Below, piece by piece: positions 26,530 to 39,384 of a stretch of 64,000 nt of DNA. The stretch comes from Octopus vulgaris (taxonomy: Eukaryota): positions 45,880,001-45,944,000 of the forward strand of contig OX597823.1 of NCBI GenBank assembly GCA_951406725.2, given 5' to 3'. Positions within the stretch are counted from its first letter, which is position 1; each line of letters begins with the position of its first letter. The translations under genes and the position numbers were made by a program. A model generated the notes under the pieces. The model saw only the letters and a list, made by a program, of their open reading frames with translations. It made no database searches and was not told the DNA's origin.

Positions 26530-28452
26530 GTTCAAAAATAACACCAAGAATTTTTACAGGAAGATAGGAAACCACTCCTCTTTTGTTTATCCTTAATACC
26601 ACTCTCAAAGCTGCTCAATGACGCGCAGTACGGGTATAAAATGTTTGATAAAAATATAAATCATCTCGTTTACATGGATGATTTAAAGATTTTTGCAAAA
26701 AATGATCAACAACTCAAGGGCTTACTAGCGATAGTCAAACAATTCAGTGACGACATCAGAATGCAATTCGGCCTCGATAAATGTGCAAAGGCTACCTTTA
26801 TCAAAGGAAAAATGACAGAAACATCTAACGTTAACCTTGACCAACAGAATGTCATAAAAGAACTAGACCCAGCGGAGAGCTACAAGTACCTAGGGATAAT
26901 TGAAGGGAACGGAATAAGGCATTCAGAGATGAAGGAAAGGATCAGGAGAGAATGCTATCGAAGAGTGAGAGCAATACTCAAGACAGAGCTGAATGCAAGA
27001 AACAGGATCGAAGCAATCAATGCATTAGCTATACCAGTCGTGACTTACAGTTTCAATATTGTTAACTGGTCAATTACTGAAATATGTCAGCTCGACAGAA
27101 AAATAAGGAAACTGTTGACAATGCATAGAATGCACCACCCTAAGGCAGATACAGAACGACTCTATCTGCCAAGAAAGAGGAGGCCGTGGTCTTTTGCAAC
27201 TGGCAATAACAATGAAGATTGCTACAATTGGCCTAGACACCTACCTGAAAAACTCTGAGGACTGGATGCTAAAACTTGTCTCAAAACATGAAAACAAGAA
27301 AGCATCATACTCAGTCACAAAACAGGCAAAGGAATATCTAAGTGAATTCCGAATACAACCAATTTCGGAATTAGAGATAGATATACAAGAAACAAGCACA
27401 GAAAAAGCTAGGCGCATGAAAACCCGTGCCAAAACTGCGGCCTTAGATATTCTGAATAATAAATGGCAAGAAAAACCTCTCTATGGCAAATACCCAAAGA
27501 GAGCGAATAATGCAGATATCGACAAAGCCCTGACCCATCAATGGCTAATGGCCTCTGGCTTAAAATCTGAAACAGAGGGGTTTATCATAGCAGCTCAAGA
27601 TCAATGCCTACCAACAAGAAACTACCAGGCCAACATATTAAAGATCAGAAGCAGTCCAACGTGTCGTGTATGCAAGCAACAAAATGAAACCATTGACCAT
27701 GTGGTCTCCAAGTGCAGTCTTCTAGCGCCTACAGAGTATCTCAACAGGCACGATAGAGCTGCACAATATATTCACTGGGTAATCTGTAAAAACCTGGATT
27801 TGCCCCATGAAAAAAACTGGTGGGAACACAAACCACCCCCAGTGCTTGAAAATGACCACATCTCACTCCTCTGGAACTTCACCATTCAAACTGACAGGAA
27901 GATAGATGCAAATAGGCCAGACATCATATTGAAAAACTTCAAACAAAGAACATGCCTCCTCATTGATATGACTGTCCCAATCGATATAAACGTATCTGTC
28001 AAGACCTACCAAAAACTGAGCAAATATAAAGATCTTGAAATAGAAATCAGCAAAATGTGGAAGCTGAAGACTAAAACAATACCTGTTGTCATAGGTGCCC
28101 TGGGAATGATAGCAAAAGGGGCTGATAGCTACCTAACTCAGATACCAGGAAACCCAAAAATGGCAGAAGTTCAAAAGATAGTGCTCATGGGAACTGCTCA
28201 TATCCTACGCAAAATACTCTCTATGTAATCTCAAGGTTTAAAACAAACATAATTTTCGGTTTAAAAAAAAAAAAAAAAAAAAAAAACTTTTTTTTTTTTT
28301 TTAGACATTCATTAGTACAACATCCCCACCCCCCAAATATATGGCACACTAGGCATAACAACAACATGAACTTCCAACCCTGTTGTCTCTTGAGGTCTCT
28401 GGGTGAGACTTGGAGCCAACTTGTACAAATATAAAGCAAAAGTCAAACATAG
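26530..28452 (+). mobile_element. Young R4/Dong non-LTR retrotransposon, 5'-truncated (RT motifs 4-7, thumb, CCHC, RLE, 3' UTR)
   Basis: PLLFCLSLIPLS..INHLVYMDDLKIFA..MQFGLDKCA..YKYLGI..MHHPKADTERLYLPRK, frameshift at about 27180, then TCRVCKQQNETIDHVVSKC..RHD..NRPDIILK..LIDMTVP..KLSKYKDL..LRKILSM*. (AAT)n on both sides. Confidence 0.97.
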
Positions 28453-28503
28453 AATAATAATAATAATAATAATAACAACAACAACAACAACAACAACAAT
28501 AAC

Positions 28504-28565
<62 letters not shown>

Positions 28566-29006
28566 CAACGACGACGATGATGATGATGATGATGATGATG
28601 ATAATAATAATAATAATAATAATAACTTGTAGAAGCAAATTGGCACTCAACCATGTTCCGAAAAGGACAAAGAATGTCGTATTATTTCTCTAAAAGAAAA
28701 ATTTAGGTTAAAAGTTTTCTACTGTCGTTCAATTTTGAAAATTGCTCCCTTTTCACTTAAAGTAATTAATGCTTTGAGAAGACAAAAAATTCTGATAGTA
28801 AGCCCTTTCTTCCGGTTAATTAACAGCCTATCTGAATATGCCACACTTAAGAGGACAAAATAACTATAGTTCTTGATATGTGAAGTATTTAATGACTTTT
28901 TTGTCAACTACCTTTCAAGCTGGATGAGCAACATAATCAACGCTCAATACTTCTACTGATAATTAAAATGTTTGATGAAATTCACATATGAGTTCTCAAC
29001 AGCATA

Positions 29007-29621
29007 CAGAGCCAGTTCCATGATTTTCAGCACCCTAGGCCAAAATAACATTGTGCACTCCACCTTTCCAGTCCTAAAGTAAGCGTTCTAGGATTTTCGT
29101 ATCAGAACATTTTGACCACTAACCAATCCAAAAATGTGCACCCCATTCATCAAACCCTTTATGTGGGCTTCATTCATTTCCCCCAGTTCTACAACGTGCT
29201 GTCTCATATTTGAGTTTACCACTGTGTGCTCACGAGCTATCGTCTTCACAATAGCTAAAAAAGTTTAGTTGAAAAATTCGTTAGCTTGCGCATAAGTATA
29301 TAGTTTTAATATTATGAATGTTACCGAGTACCTGTTATCAGTGCAAAATTTAATGTTTCACACCAAAACATGTGATAATGTAATAAAACCACTTGGACTT
29401 GTCACCTTTCTCGACACACTGCTTTCAGGCTTAGCTTAAGGTATTTTCGCACCCGACATCACAAAATGCGTCTGGATAAACATTGCCGGACAGCAAATAG
29501 AGACTTGGACACAGCTTAGAAAATAATTTTCATTTTTAACCTCGTCTATAGTACGCACTAGGTATTCTGACCTTTACATTTTGTGGAAAAAAATGCGGAT
29601 TACACCCGAGGATTTACGGTA
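29007..29621. mobile_element. DNA-transposon end remnants: hAT-like end at about 29007-29045 and pogo/Tigger-like end at 29595-29621
   Basis: CAGAGCCAGTTCCATGATTTTCAGCACCCTAGGC resembles CAGGGCCGG..GCCCTAGGC hAT termini. GCGGATTACACCCGAGGATTTACGGTA resembles TACCGTA-type TIRs. Partner ends not found. Confidence 0.35.
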
Positions 29622-30003
29622 AGCAGATATAAAAAAAAACCAGATCTGTATAAAAAGAGAGTATATGAATTGGTCAGTTCAGTTAGATTGTTCTGTTGGA
29701 GATGTTATTAAACGAATTATACAGTCTTATATGGAGAGTATTTTCCTTTCGTAAAGTACTATAGATAAATCATTGAGTTCTACAAAATCTAATTTTAAAG
29801 TTGAAAGTAAAATGTTGATTGTTGTAACCGAAACAATAAAGTCAAAACAAATTTAATAAATACTACAAATGTCTTTATATTCTCCGAGGTATGTCTTTAA
29901 GAGAGGAAACTATTAATAATATTTATTCCTTGATATATCTGTCAACATCAGCCACCAATTTAAATTATTTTCCTATACTAGGGAAATGACTATGCTGTAA
30001 ATG

Positions 30004-30060
<57 letters not shown>

Positions 30061-32399
30061 ATATGTATAACATTTGCATACACTCGACTTCTAACAAAAG
30101 AATTCCTGAGCAAAGTTAACTATCAATATTATTTCTTTGGCAAATGCATGTTTCGACTGTGCCGTTTCCTTTACTTAATGGCAATAATAAATAAATTAAT
30201 TTTGACTTCATAAAAATATTAGAAGTGCTTATTGCTGAATACTTTTGCACGTAAAATGAGATCTATTATTCTGAATGCACGAAATACCAAGAAAAGAATC
30301 ACTGACGCAAGTTACCTAAGGGCGAACAACTACTACGATGAAATTATACGCCAGCGATAGCAACACGGAGTTCTCGGAGTTTTTTTTTTTACTGGTAATT
30401 AATACTAAATATTTTAAAATAGCTCCAACACGTATATTAATTGGAAACTGAACCTGAGTCCAAGTGTACTAAAGTTAAGATCCCGGTATTAGGAATACTG
30501 CATATCTTTGCAAACCATATTGCTAGATTTAGTTTTACATTTAGGATTACAAGGGGGCTTTGTCAGCAACAAAGCAATAAACTCGATGATAGCTTTTCAC
30601 TTGGTAATTTCCCCGCAGAGACTAATGCATTGACGAAAGTAGTCATCCTTCAGACGAGCATATTGATCTAACCCACTAGTTCTTGCATTTGTAATATCTA
30701 AAATGTTTAAATGATGAAAATATATTTAGAAAATTCGTTTTCTTAATTCCTTTTTATTTTCCGTAAAAATTAGAATGCTTTATATCGCTATACGTCAATA
30801 ACTATTAAGACGTTAAGTATAGAATTACTTGTATTTAATAAGAGTTTCATTTTAGATTTAAAATAATGAAGGGTAAAACAAAAAAATCGAGAAACCTCTT
30901 GTAATGGAGAGGTGATAATAGTAGCTTATATGATTTAAAATATAAGCTATTCTATTTAATTTTATCGTTACGTGTTTGATATTAAATCCTGTTGAGACTA
31001 TCTATGTCTTATCTTATCCACACTGGTTTATAAATACATTAATATACTATAAATGATTCTTCTAATTCAGGAAACTTTCCGTGTAGACAAAACAAATCAA
31101 TCTTCCCAATTTCCATGCAACAATTTGTCTTTGATTAAATGCTTTCCTCGGTAGTGAACAAACATATGTGCTATCCTTCCTTGATACCTAATTATGTAAT
31201 AAATATACTGACGTCAAATAAATAATGATATTTTACTTAAAGACACCTGGTTTCACAGAATTAAGTTAATTTGTTAACGATCTTTTCTCTCATACATACT
31301 TACAGCCTCATATGTGACGTTATACATATTTGAAGTAAAGTAACAACGTATATGTCTCATATACAATACTATATAAACAAAGATTATATGTCATTCCGGA
31401 AATTATAAATGAATTAGTAATGTACTCATTAAGATGATGTCTCTGGGCGAAATTAACAAAACACAATATACAAACAGAATGTACAGTATATCGTAAAACA
31501 TCTGTAAGTGATTTTATAAGAATTGTACATATATTCTAGCTTTATTTTTCAAATTTTATGCAGCAGAGAAAGAGCAACTCTCCACTCACAAATAGAATTC
31601 TTCCTTAGAATTTAGTCAACATTAAGTTAGTAGTTATTATATGCATAATATTTGTTCCTCTGATTTGAGCTCCAGAGGTTATTTAACGGATCCTCAGCAC
31701 AATGAAAGGATTGTGTAGAAAGTATATTTTAATAAAGTGAATCTTGTTCCTTTGGATATCATTTCCACAAATTTTCACTCTTCAAATTGTAGAAACGTCT
31801 TGTAGATTTTTATTGACTTAGATGTCGAAGATATCTAAGTTAATTATCTCTCAATGGAACTATACATTTTTCTTAAAAAAAAGAAGCAGTAAAAAAAAAC
31901 ACATTTTCAAATATTTTTTGAATCCCGTGCGAGTTGGTGCATATTCTGTTGATCTAAAATAATTGGATGTGTATTTTAAGTACTAGCTTTGTAAACCCTT
32001 TCTCATACATGTCTTTCGTATTTCCCACCACTGCTGACCTCTAGAAGTTACTCTACTTTTAAAACATGACATACATTTTGTTGTCTCAAAGGAAAACAAA
32101 AATACCCAGTCAGTTGTGCTTTAATTCCGTTGTGTTTAATTCAGTAGTTACTCATAATTTTTTGCGTTTGGGTCCAGCGATATACTTTTGACTCTTAAAC
32201 TTTGGTTGTTATTTTAGTATCACTCTGTTCTTGATTGCTTAAGTCTCCATTTCGATACCTTTTGTGTCTCGTGCAGAAGGAACATGATGGCGATTTATTT
32301 CTCCAGAATTGCCTAGAGGTAATGTTTCAAATGAGACGATATAAAGTTGTGAGTTCGACTTGTCAAGCTTCTACTATGATTCATGCCATATGTAGACTA

Positions 32400-32786
32400 T
32401 TCTTTTACTTGTTTCAGTCACTTGACAGGGGCCATGCTGTAGCACCGCCTTTAGTCGAACAAATTGACCCCAGGACTTATCCTTTGTAAGCCTAGACCAT
32501 ATTCTATCGTTCTCTTTTGCCGAATCGCTAAGTTACGGGGACGTAAGTACACCAACAGCGGTTGTCAAGCGATGGTGTGGGGGAACAAACAGAGACTCAT
32601 AAATACATACATATATATATATATATATATGCGACGGGCTTCTTTCAGTTTCCATCTACCAAATCCACTTAGAAGGGTTTGGTCGGCGCGAGGCTATAGT
32701 AGAAGACACTTGTCCAAGATGCCACGCAGCGGGACTGAACCCGTAATCATGTGGTTGAGAAGCAAACTTCTTACCACACAGCCACA
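32400..32786 (-). mobile_element. Full-length family-A SINE
   Basis: Reverse complement of 25609-26023. Confidence 0.9.
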
Positions 32787-33029
32787 AGTCTGTATTATTT
32801 GTATCATAAATATTCATGCACAACATACTCAATGGACTAGCCTACGTTTATTCTGGCTCTGCTGCTGTGTTAAGATAGAACTTTCAGTCTTCCTCGGAGA
32901 GAGATCAGTATGAATTTATTTTTGTGTTTCGCCTGATCCATATTAGCCATCCTAACGAGGATTTTATTTCCCTGTTGGGTTTTTTTCTGCGTAATCTGTC
33001 TCCATTCGCAATAACGGTGAAACTTTCAG

Positions 33030-33186
33030 GCGTGGATGTTTGATAAAAGTTGCTTCCCAAGTACATGACTCTAGGTTTAGTCCCATTGCGTGGCACCTTG
33101 GGCAAGTCAAGTGTGTTCTACCATAATCCCGGGCCGACCAAAGCCTTGTGATTGGATTAGGTAGACGGAAACTGAAAGAAGCCCGT
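33030..33186 (+). mobile_element. Family-A SINE, 5' head
   Basis: ggtttagtcccattgcgtggcaccttgggcaagt..gggccgaccaaagccttgtga..gtagacggaaactgaaagaagcccgt. Confidence 0.8.
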
Positions 33187-33193
33187 AATGTAT

Positions 33194-33250
<57 letters not shown>

Positions 33251-33253
<3 letters not shown>

Positions 33254-33817
33254 GCCCTGATGCAGTACCAGGCAGTGGCTCTCATGGCTTCTGATCTTAA
33301 CTGATTGGAAGTGTTATCATGTACATTGTTTTGTCTTGGTATAAAAGATGGGCTACAGCAAATATTCTGCTCAATACCACAGATTTGCTTGTCAGTTGTT
33401 TGACCTTAACCAGTTGAGCATGTCCCTTGGTGTCCCTTGGTGGCTGACGATATGTGCATCTCTGATCACGAGCAGAAGTAGTGGGGGAGCATCATAGCCA
33501 TGTGTTGAGAGGGATTCTTTGGGGTTTGAATAGTTCACCTCTGGAAACATGGGTGGTTCTTTCAACATCCTTAAACAACCCTTATTCAGGGACCGTTTGA
33601 GCGGGATGGGCTACTCAACCTGAAGAAAATTCTAACTGGGCCTCACCTGCAAGGTCATGTGTTGTTTATCTTGATATGAGATCACCATGTCGCGCACATA
33701 TGGTTGTGATGCATGTGCCTGGTGTACCTTTATCAGACGGGTAGTCATGATGGGTATATTGGGCTTCGTATATTTTACCCCAGTGTCACTTTGATGGCAT
33801 GAACTGCTCTCTCACTC
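33251..33817 (+). mobile_element. Family X non-coding (TAA)n-targeted retroposon, longest copy (~567 bp)
   Basis: Three copies share the 3' end (CTCTCACTC plus AAT repeats) with different 5' ends. No long ORF. Confidence 0.88.
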
Positions 33818-33847
33818 AATAATAATAATAATAATCATTATTATTAT

Positions 33848-34076
33848 GTATATTCCAGTGTATGGTTGCTTTCCCATTTTCTGTAACTTTTTCTGGCGTG
33901 TGACTATACCATCTTTTTTATGTTATTATTCCATAGTGTTGGCATAGCTTCCAGCGTATATAGATCCCAACTCCATTGTGTCTGTGAATATATTCTTTCT
34001 TAGCCATGACTGGGCAGCCAGAGACAATATGATTTATTGTTTCTTCTCTATCACCACATATTCTGCAGTTACTTCT
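33848..34076 (-). mobile_element. R4/Dong internal fragment (CCHC finger)
   Basis: RSNCRICGDREETINHIVSGCPVMAKKEYIHRHNGVGIYIRWKLCQHYGI..WYSHTPEKVTEN. Confidence 0.88.
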
Positions 34077-34201
34077 TGTTGTTGTTGTTGTTGTTCTTCT
34101 TCTTCTTCTTCTTCTTCTTCTTCTTCTTCTTCTTCTTCTTCTTCTTGTTAATGTAAATGCTACTAAATGTTTTGAGTGCATCTTCGCTTCTCCGCTCATC
34201 A

Positions 34202-34237
<36 letters not shown>

Positions 34238-35677
34238 TATAAATAGAGGCAGACGAAAAAATTTCTAATGCCAAATATGCCGAAATTAGACACCCTATCC
34301 AGTATATTATATATAATTGTGAGTGTGTGTTTGTGTAAGTGTGTGCGCGTGCTTTTTGTGTACTCTGGGGTCTTGAATAATCGCCCTCCCATCGCTTATT
34401 AATGTTTAAGATCTCTCCACACTTTTATTCCAACCCTCTCACTTATTAAATTTTGATAATCTATCTCCGGTGAAATTATTGTAAGCTATTCATACTGATA
34501 CAACAGCTGGGGAATCTAATAACAATTTTATTTTACATCAAAAACATTATATATATATGGCAAAAAAGAACATTATATTTTATAACATTTATGTTATAAA
34601 ATGAATAGGATAAACTGAATAGCTAATTCTGATTTTAGAAAAAAATCAAGGGTGACAGAAAATTTTAAATAATGATTTCTCATTTAGGTACAAGGCCAAC
34701 AATTTCTAGGTAGAGACAAGTGGATTAAAGCGACCCAATACATTACTGGTGCTATATTTTATCGACCTCGTACATATGAAAGGTAAAGCTAACCTCAGCG
34801 GGACTGAACTCAGAACGTAATGGGCCATAGCTCTATGCTGCAAGGCCCGTTGCCCGATGCTTAGGCACAAGGCCAGCAATTTAAAGGGAAGGAGAAAGTC
34901 GATTAAACTGACTGCCGTTACTTGTACAAAACAAGATACTGATGACAGGAATGAGAAGAAAACCTGGAGTGTTCTATTTGTTTTCATAACGCATAGAAGA
35001 AAAATATTTATCTACAGTTTATGTAGCCGACGTTCATGCCGGTGAGCCTTTAACATTTTAGGGCATTGATAACCTTCAGCCTTAAGAAGATCAATCATTT
35101 CGAGACACAACACACCTGTTTCCGGACACATAGAAAAATGGAAATTGCTGTCAGAAAATATGTTTTACAACTAATCAGAGTTTATAAAAACTTTAGGTTG
35201 GACAACAATTTCTCTACCAGTCACACAACACAAATTCCATGAAAGCTAAGAACTTCAATGATGAACTGTTTATCCTTACAAGACAAGCTTTTTGCGAAAT
35301 AAGGATTTAATAGCATCAGCACGACTCAAGTAATTTCTCATTGAATATCATGACAAAGAAAAGAGTATTTCGTGGTGTGATGCATGGACATTATTCTATA
35401 CAAGAAAAGCAAGCATTTGCTATCGTGGTGAACAAATGCAAAGAGGATTAATATTCTGAATTAGAGCGAATGAAAGTGAAAACCCATTGGAATGCAAAAA
35501 GGAAACGCCATGTCTCAGACACACCGAAGCAGGGATATCTCACCAAAGCAGTTCGTTTGTTTTACTCGAATTTGGCCGGTGTCAAAAACTCTGAATAAAA
35601 GAATATATATATATATTTATCTGCAGGTGTATATCTGAACCTTCATTTAACAGGCTTGCCTTTACCTCGTTATTCAA

Positions 35678-36310
<633 letters not shown>

Positions 36311-36954
36311 ACACCACACGCATTCACACACGCGCAGAAATATATACCTCCGGTTTGGATAAACTGTCACGAAGGCAATAATAATTTTTAAAAAACATAT
36401 AGTTGATAGAAGTCAACAACAATGGTTGATTATATTTATATACACATATTTATATGAATTAAACAAATGCCCTGTTAACAAAACCCTATAGTCTAGAGGC
36501 TTGGTAGAAATCGAGTTAGGCTTAATCCACCAAGAAACAATTTTGCACATACACAGACACAGACACTCACACACGCTCACACACACGCACGCATACACAC
36601 ACACAAACTTATTTTTAATCGGTACACCGTGAAGGTATCCTATGCTAACTCTGCTAATTTAGAGCAGCTTATGCATCGCATAAACAATAGTAACATGCGA
36701 CAAAGGTTCAATAACCCACCTACTGGATCTAACGAATATACGCATCTAAATACTAACAAAAGAGATGTAAACCGCTATGAAAAATACCAATTACTATCAA
36801 ATTGTAATAGTACAAATACTTATGATACAGCTAACACGGTAACAACGACGTCGGTAAATGGAGTCGGGACTGCCTTATATACAAATAAATACGATAAATA
36901 CTCATGCAGAGAAAAATCAAAATGTCAACTGATGAATTTCAGTATGAGTACAAA

Positions 36955-37350
36955 TCTTTATATATAAAAGTGAAGTTGTGTGTCTGTCTCCTACTATTTA
37001 GATTCCTAACTACTCCCACATTTTGCGGTGCAGTTTAACCAAAACCGGATATCTTATAGTCGTGATTCATATCGAGCCCTTCTGGGTATTAGCGCGCGTC
37101 TACGATGAGTCTATGATTTTAAAAAAATTACCATCATTTTTTTTCCATTTTAATGCATTTTTTCGCTATTATATAAGGGAAGTAACTCTCTAAAAATATC
37201 TACGATGAGTCAACGATTTAAAAAAAAAATTACCATCATTGTTTTCCATTTTTAATGCATGTTTTTGCTATATTTTGGCTATAACTCTCTAAAAATGCTT
37301 ATATAGTTATTTCCCTTACAAACCCGAGCAACGCCGGGCGATACTGCTAG
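36955..37350 (+). mobile_element. Complete non-autonomous Helitron (396 bp)
   Basis: 5' A|TC, 3' hairpin CCCGAGCAACGCCGGG (37323-37338), terminal CTAG|T, no TSD. Removing it restores the host reading frame. Internal ~100-bp duplication. Confidence 0.92.
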
Positions 37351-37660
37351 TCTTGTATATAAATGTACCGTGCACACTAGGGGAGGCCGTATGTTAACAT
37401 TGGGCAGACGGCTGATTCATTTAAGGATCGTTATTGTAACCATGTCGCCAGCTTTAAGATAATCAATGAGATATTCAACACATTTTGCCGATTTTGTATA
37501 GCGAATGAAGGAGGCTCCATAGTAAGGCACGCGAAACCATGCAATATAATTTCCAGGTGATGCCGTCTCTGCTCCGAGGAATACCTGTCTGTTCTGTGGA
37601 CTAAGAAGATCATTAATAAAATTTCTGAAGGAATCTGGAGATGCCTACACGCATAGTGTA

Positions 37661-38056
37661 GGCGCAGGAGTGGCTGTGTGGTAAGTAGCTTGCTAACAAA
37701 CCACATGGTTCCGGGTTCAGTCCCACTGCGTGGCATCTTGGGCAAGTGTCTTCTGCTATAGCCCCGGGCCGACCAATGCCTTGTGAGTGGATTTGGTAGA
37801 TGGAAACTGAAAGAAGCCTGTCGTATATATGTATATATATATATAAGTGTGTGTGTATATGTTTGTGTGTCTGTGTTTGTCCCCCTAGCATTGCTTGACA
37901 ACCGATGCTGGTGTGTTCGGCAAAAGAGACCGATAGAATAAGTACTGGGCTTACAAAGAATAAGTCCCGGGGTCGATTTGCTCGACTAAAGGTGGTGCTC
38001 CAGCATGGCTGCAGTCAAATGACTGAAACAAGTAAAAGAGTAAAAGAGAGTAAGAG
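37661..38056 (+). mobile_element. Family-A SINE, near full length
   Basis: Near-identical to 25609-26023, with a small internal deletion. Confidence 0.9.
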
Positions 38057-38529
38057 TATATAAATGCACTTTCGTACAATGCAGTGGTAATGAATTTTGA
38101 ATAACCGTTAATATAATTTACTTTAAGGTATAGATGACCCAAGTTTACTTTTAACCTCCCAATTCTTACAAACACGAAGTAGATAGTTAACTCGCTTTGT
38201 GATCATGAGTGCACCAAACCTTACGTGTGCGTATGTTTACATTTTCGCGGATGCCTGTATGATCGAGTGTACTCGAACCATGCAACTGGCCGAGAGCGTT
38301 TATACATCCATATTTATCAACGGTTATTTCTAATACTTTTCTCGTTGTATTGCGACAGAACAGTTGCAGAACTGTTATTTTAACGTGTTGTGTCTATTTA
38401 TCACCCGATGAGATATATCTGCACCGCTCGATGCTATTGAACCCGTTGTTGAGTGTTCCACCCGTGAGGCTTCGATACTAGATTTGTCGAAACAATTGGC
38501 GTGATTAATAAATTCTGTATATTCCATCT

Positions 38530-38780
<251 letters not shown>

Positions 38781-39351
38781 GAAGGCGTTAAATGTAGAGT
38801 TTAGTGCTTCCCTTCCATGTAATTTATTTTTTTTAAACTGTATATTTTTTAAAGGAAGCTGTACAAAAAGTTTTCCAGATTAGTGTCCCCCCTGCTGATT
38901 TCGTTTCGTTATAAATTTTTTTAATAATGCATAAGTTTTAATGTTACTTTTCAGAGATATGTTTTCGATATGCTGAAGTTAAAAAAAACCTTCCTAACTG
39001 TCATGAAAAGACGTTCATAACTGTTTAACAATCGAATACTTGAATAGCTTACTCGTGACCATCGCATATATTATTCAAGAAATTTGACTGCTTAACAACA
39101 GAAAAATTTCCTACATATCTTTTACCCGCATAAAGCTAGGTAACTCTGCTAGCATCTTTCTATATACTCACAGAAACACATTATTAATACACGCGCGCGC
39201 GTATCATTCATTTTTTGTAGAATATGTATTTATTATATTTTACCAGAAACGGGTGACGGTGAGTTCGAAATTCAAGCCTGCTAACCGTCGCTGGACTAGC
39301 TGGAAGGCCGAAATTTCAAAGTCATTTCACCTCAACTTCTTTTGAAGTTCT

Positions 39352-39384
<33 letters not shown>

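Larger units (their letters stand above)
36460..38529 (+). mobile_element. Naiad-like Penelope-like element, 3' part (linker, GIY-YIG, 3' pLTR with hammerhead), interrupted by a Helitron and a SINE
   Basis: KPYSLE..IFNRYTVKVSYANSANLEQLMHRINN..YSCREKSKCQLMNFSMSTN|LVYKCTV..YVNIGQTADSFKDRYCNHVASFK..AKPCNIISR*CRLCSEEY..IINKISEGIWRCLH. Hammerhead at 38400-38505, AATAAA at 38507, then (TA)n. Confidence 0.8.

Noticed and set aside
28640-28920. Possible hAT dimerisation-domain relic (IRIFCLL..EQFSKL) on the minus strand
   Set aside because: Needs several frameshifts; similarity too short to support.
34577-34602. Perfect AT-rich palindrome (another at about 30922-30950)
   Set aside because: Short and nearly all A/T; expected in this composition.
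35050-35470. Possible mariner C-terminal relic (LGWTTISLP)
   Set aside because: Too decayed; no catalytic motif or TIR recoverable.
37558-37560. In-frame TGA in the Naiad-like GIY-YIG as a possible selenocysteine codon
   Set aside because: It precedes CRLC at the position normally Arg (SKRCNLC), so CGA-to-TGA decay is simpler. The copy is also frameshifted, and I saw no convincing SECIS at 38060-38400.
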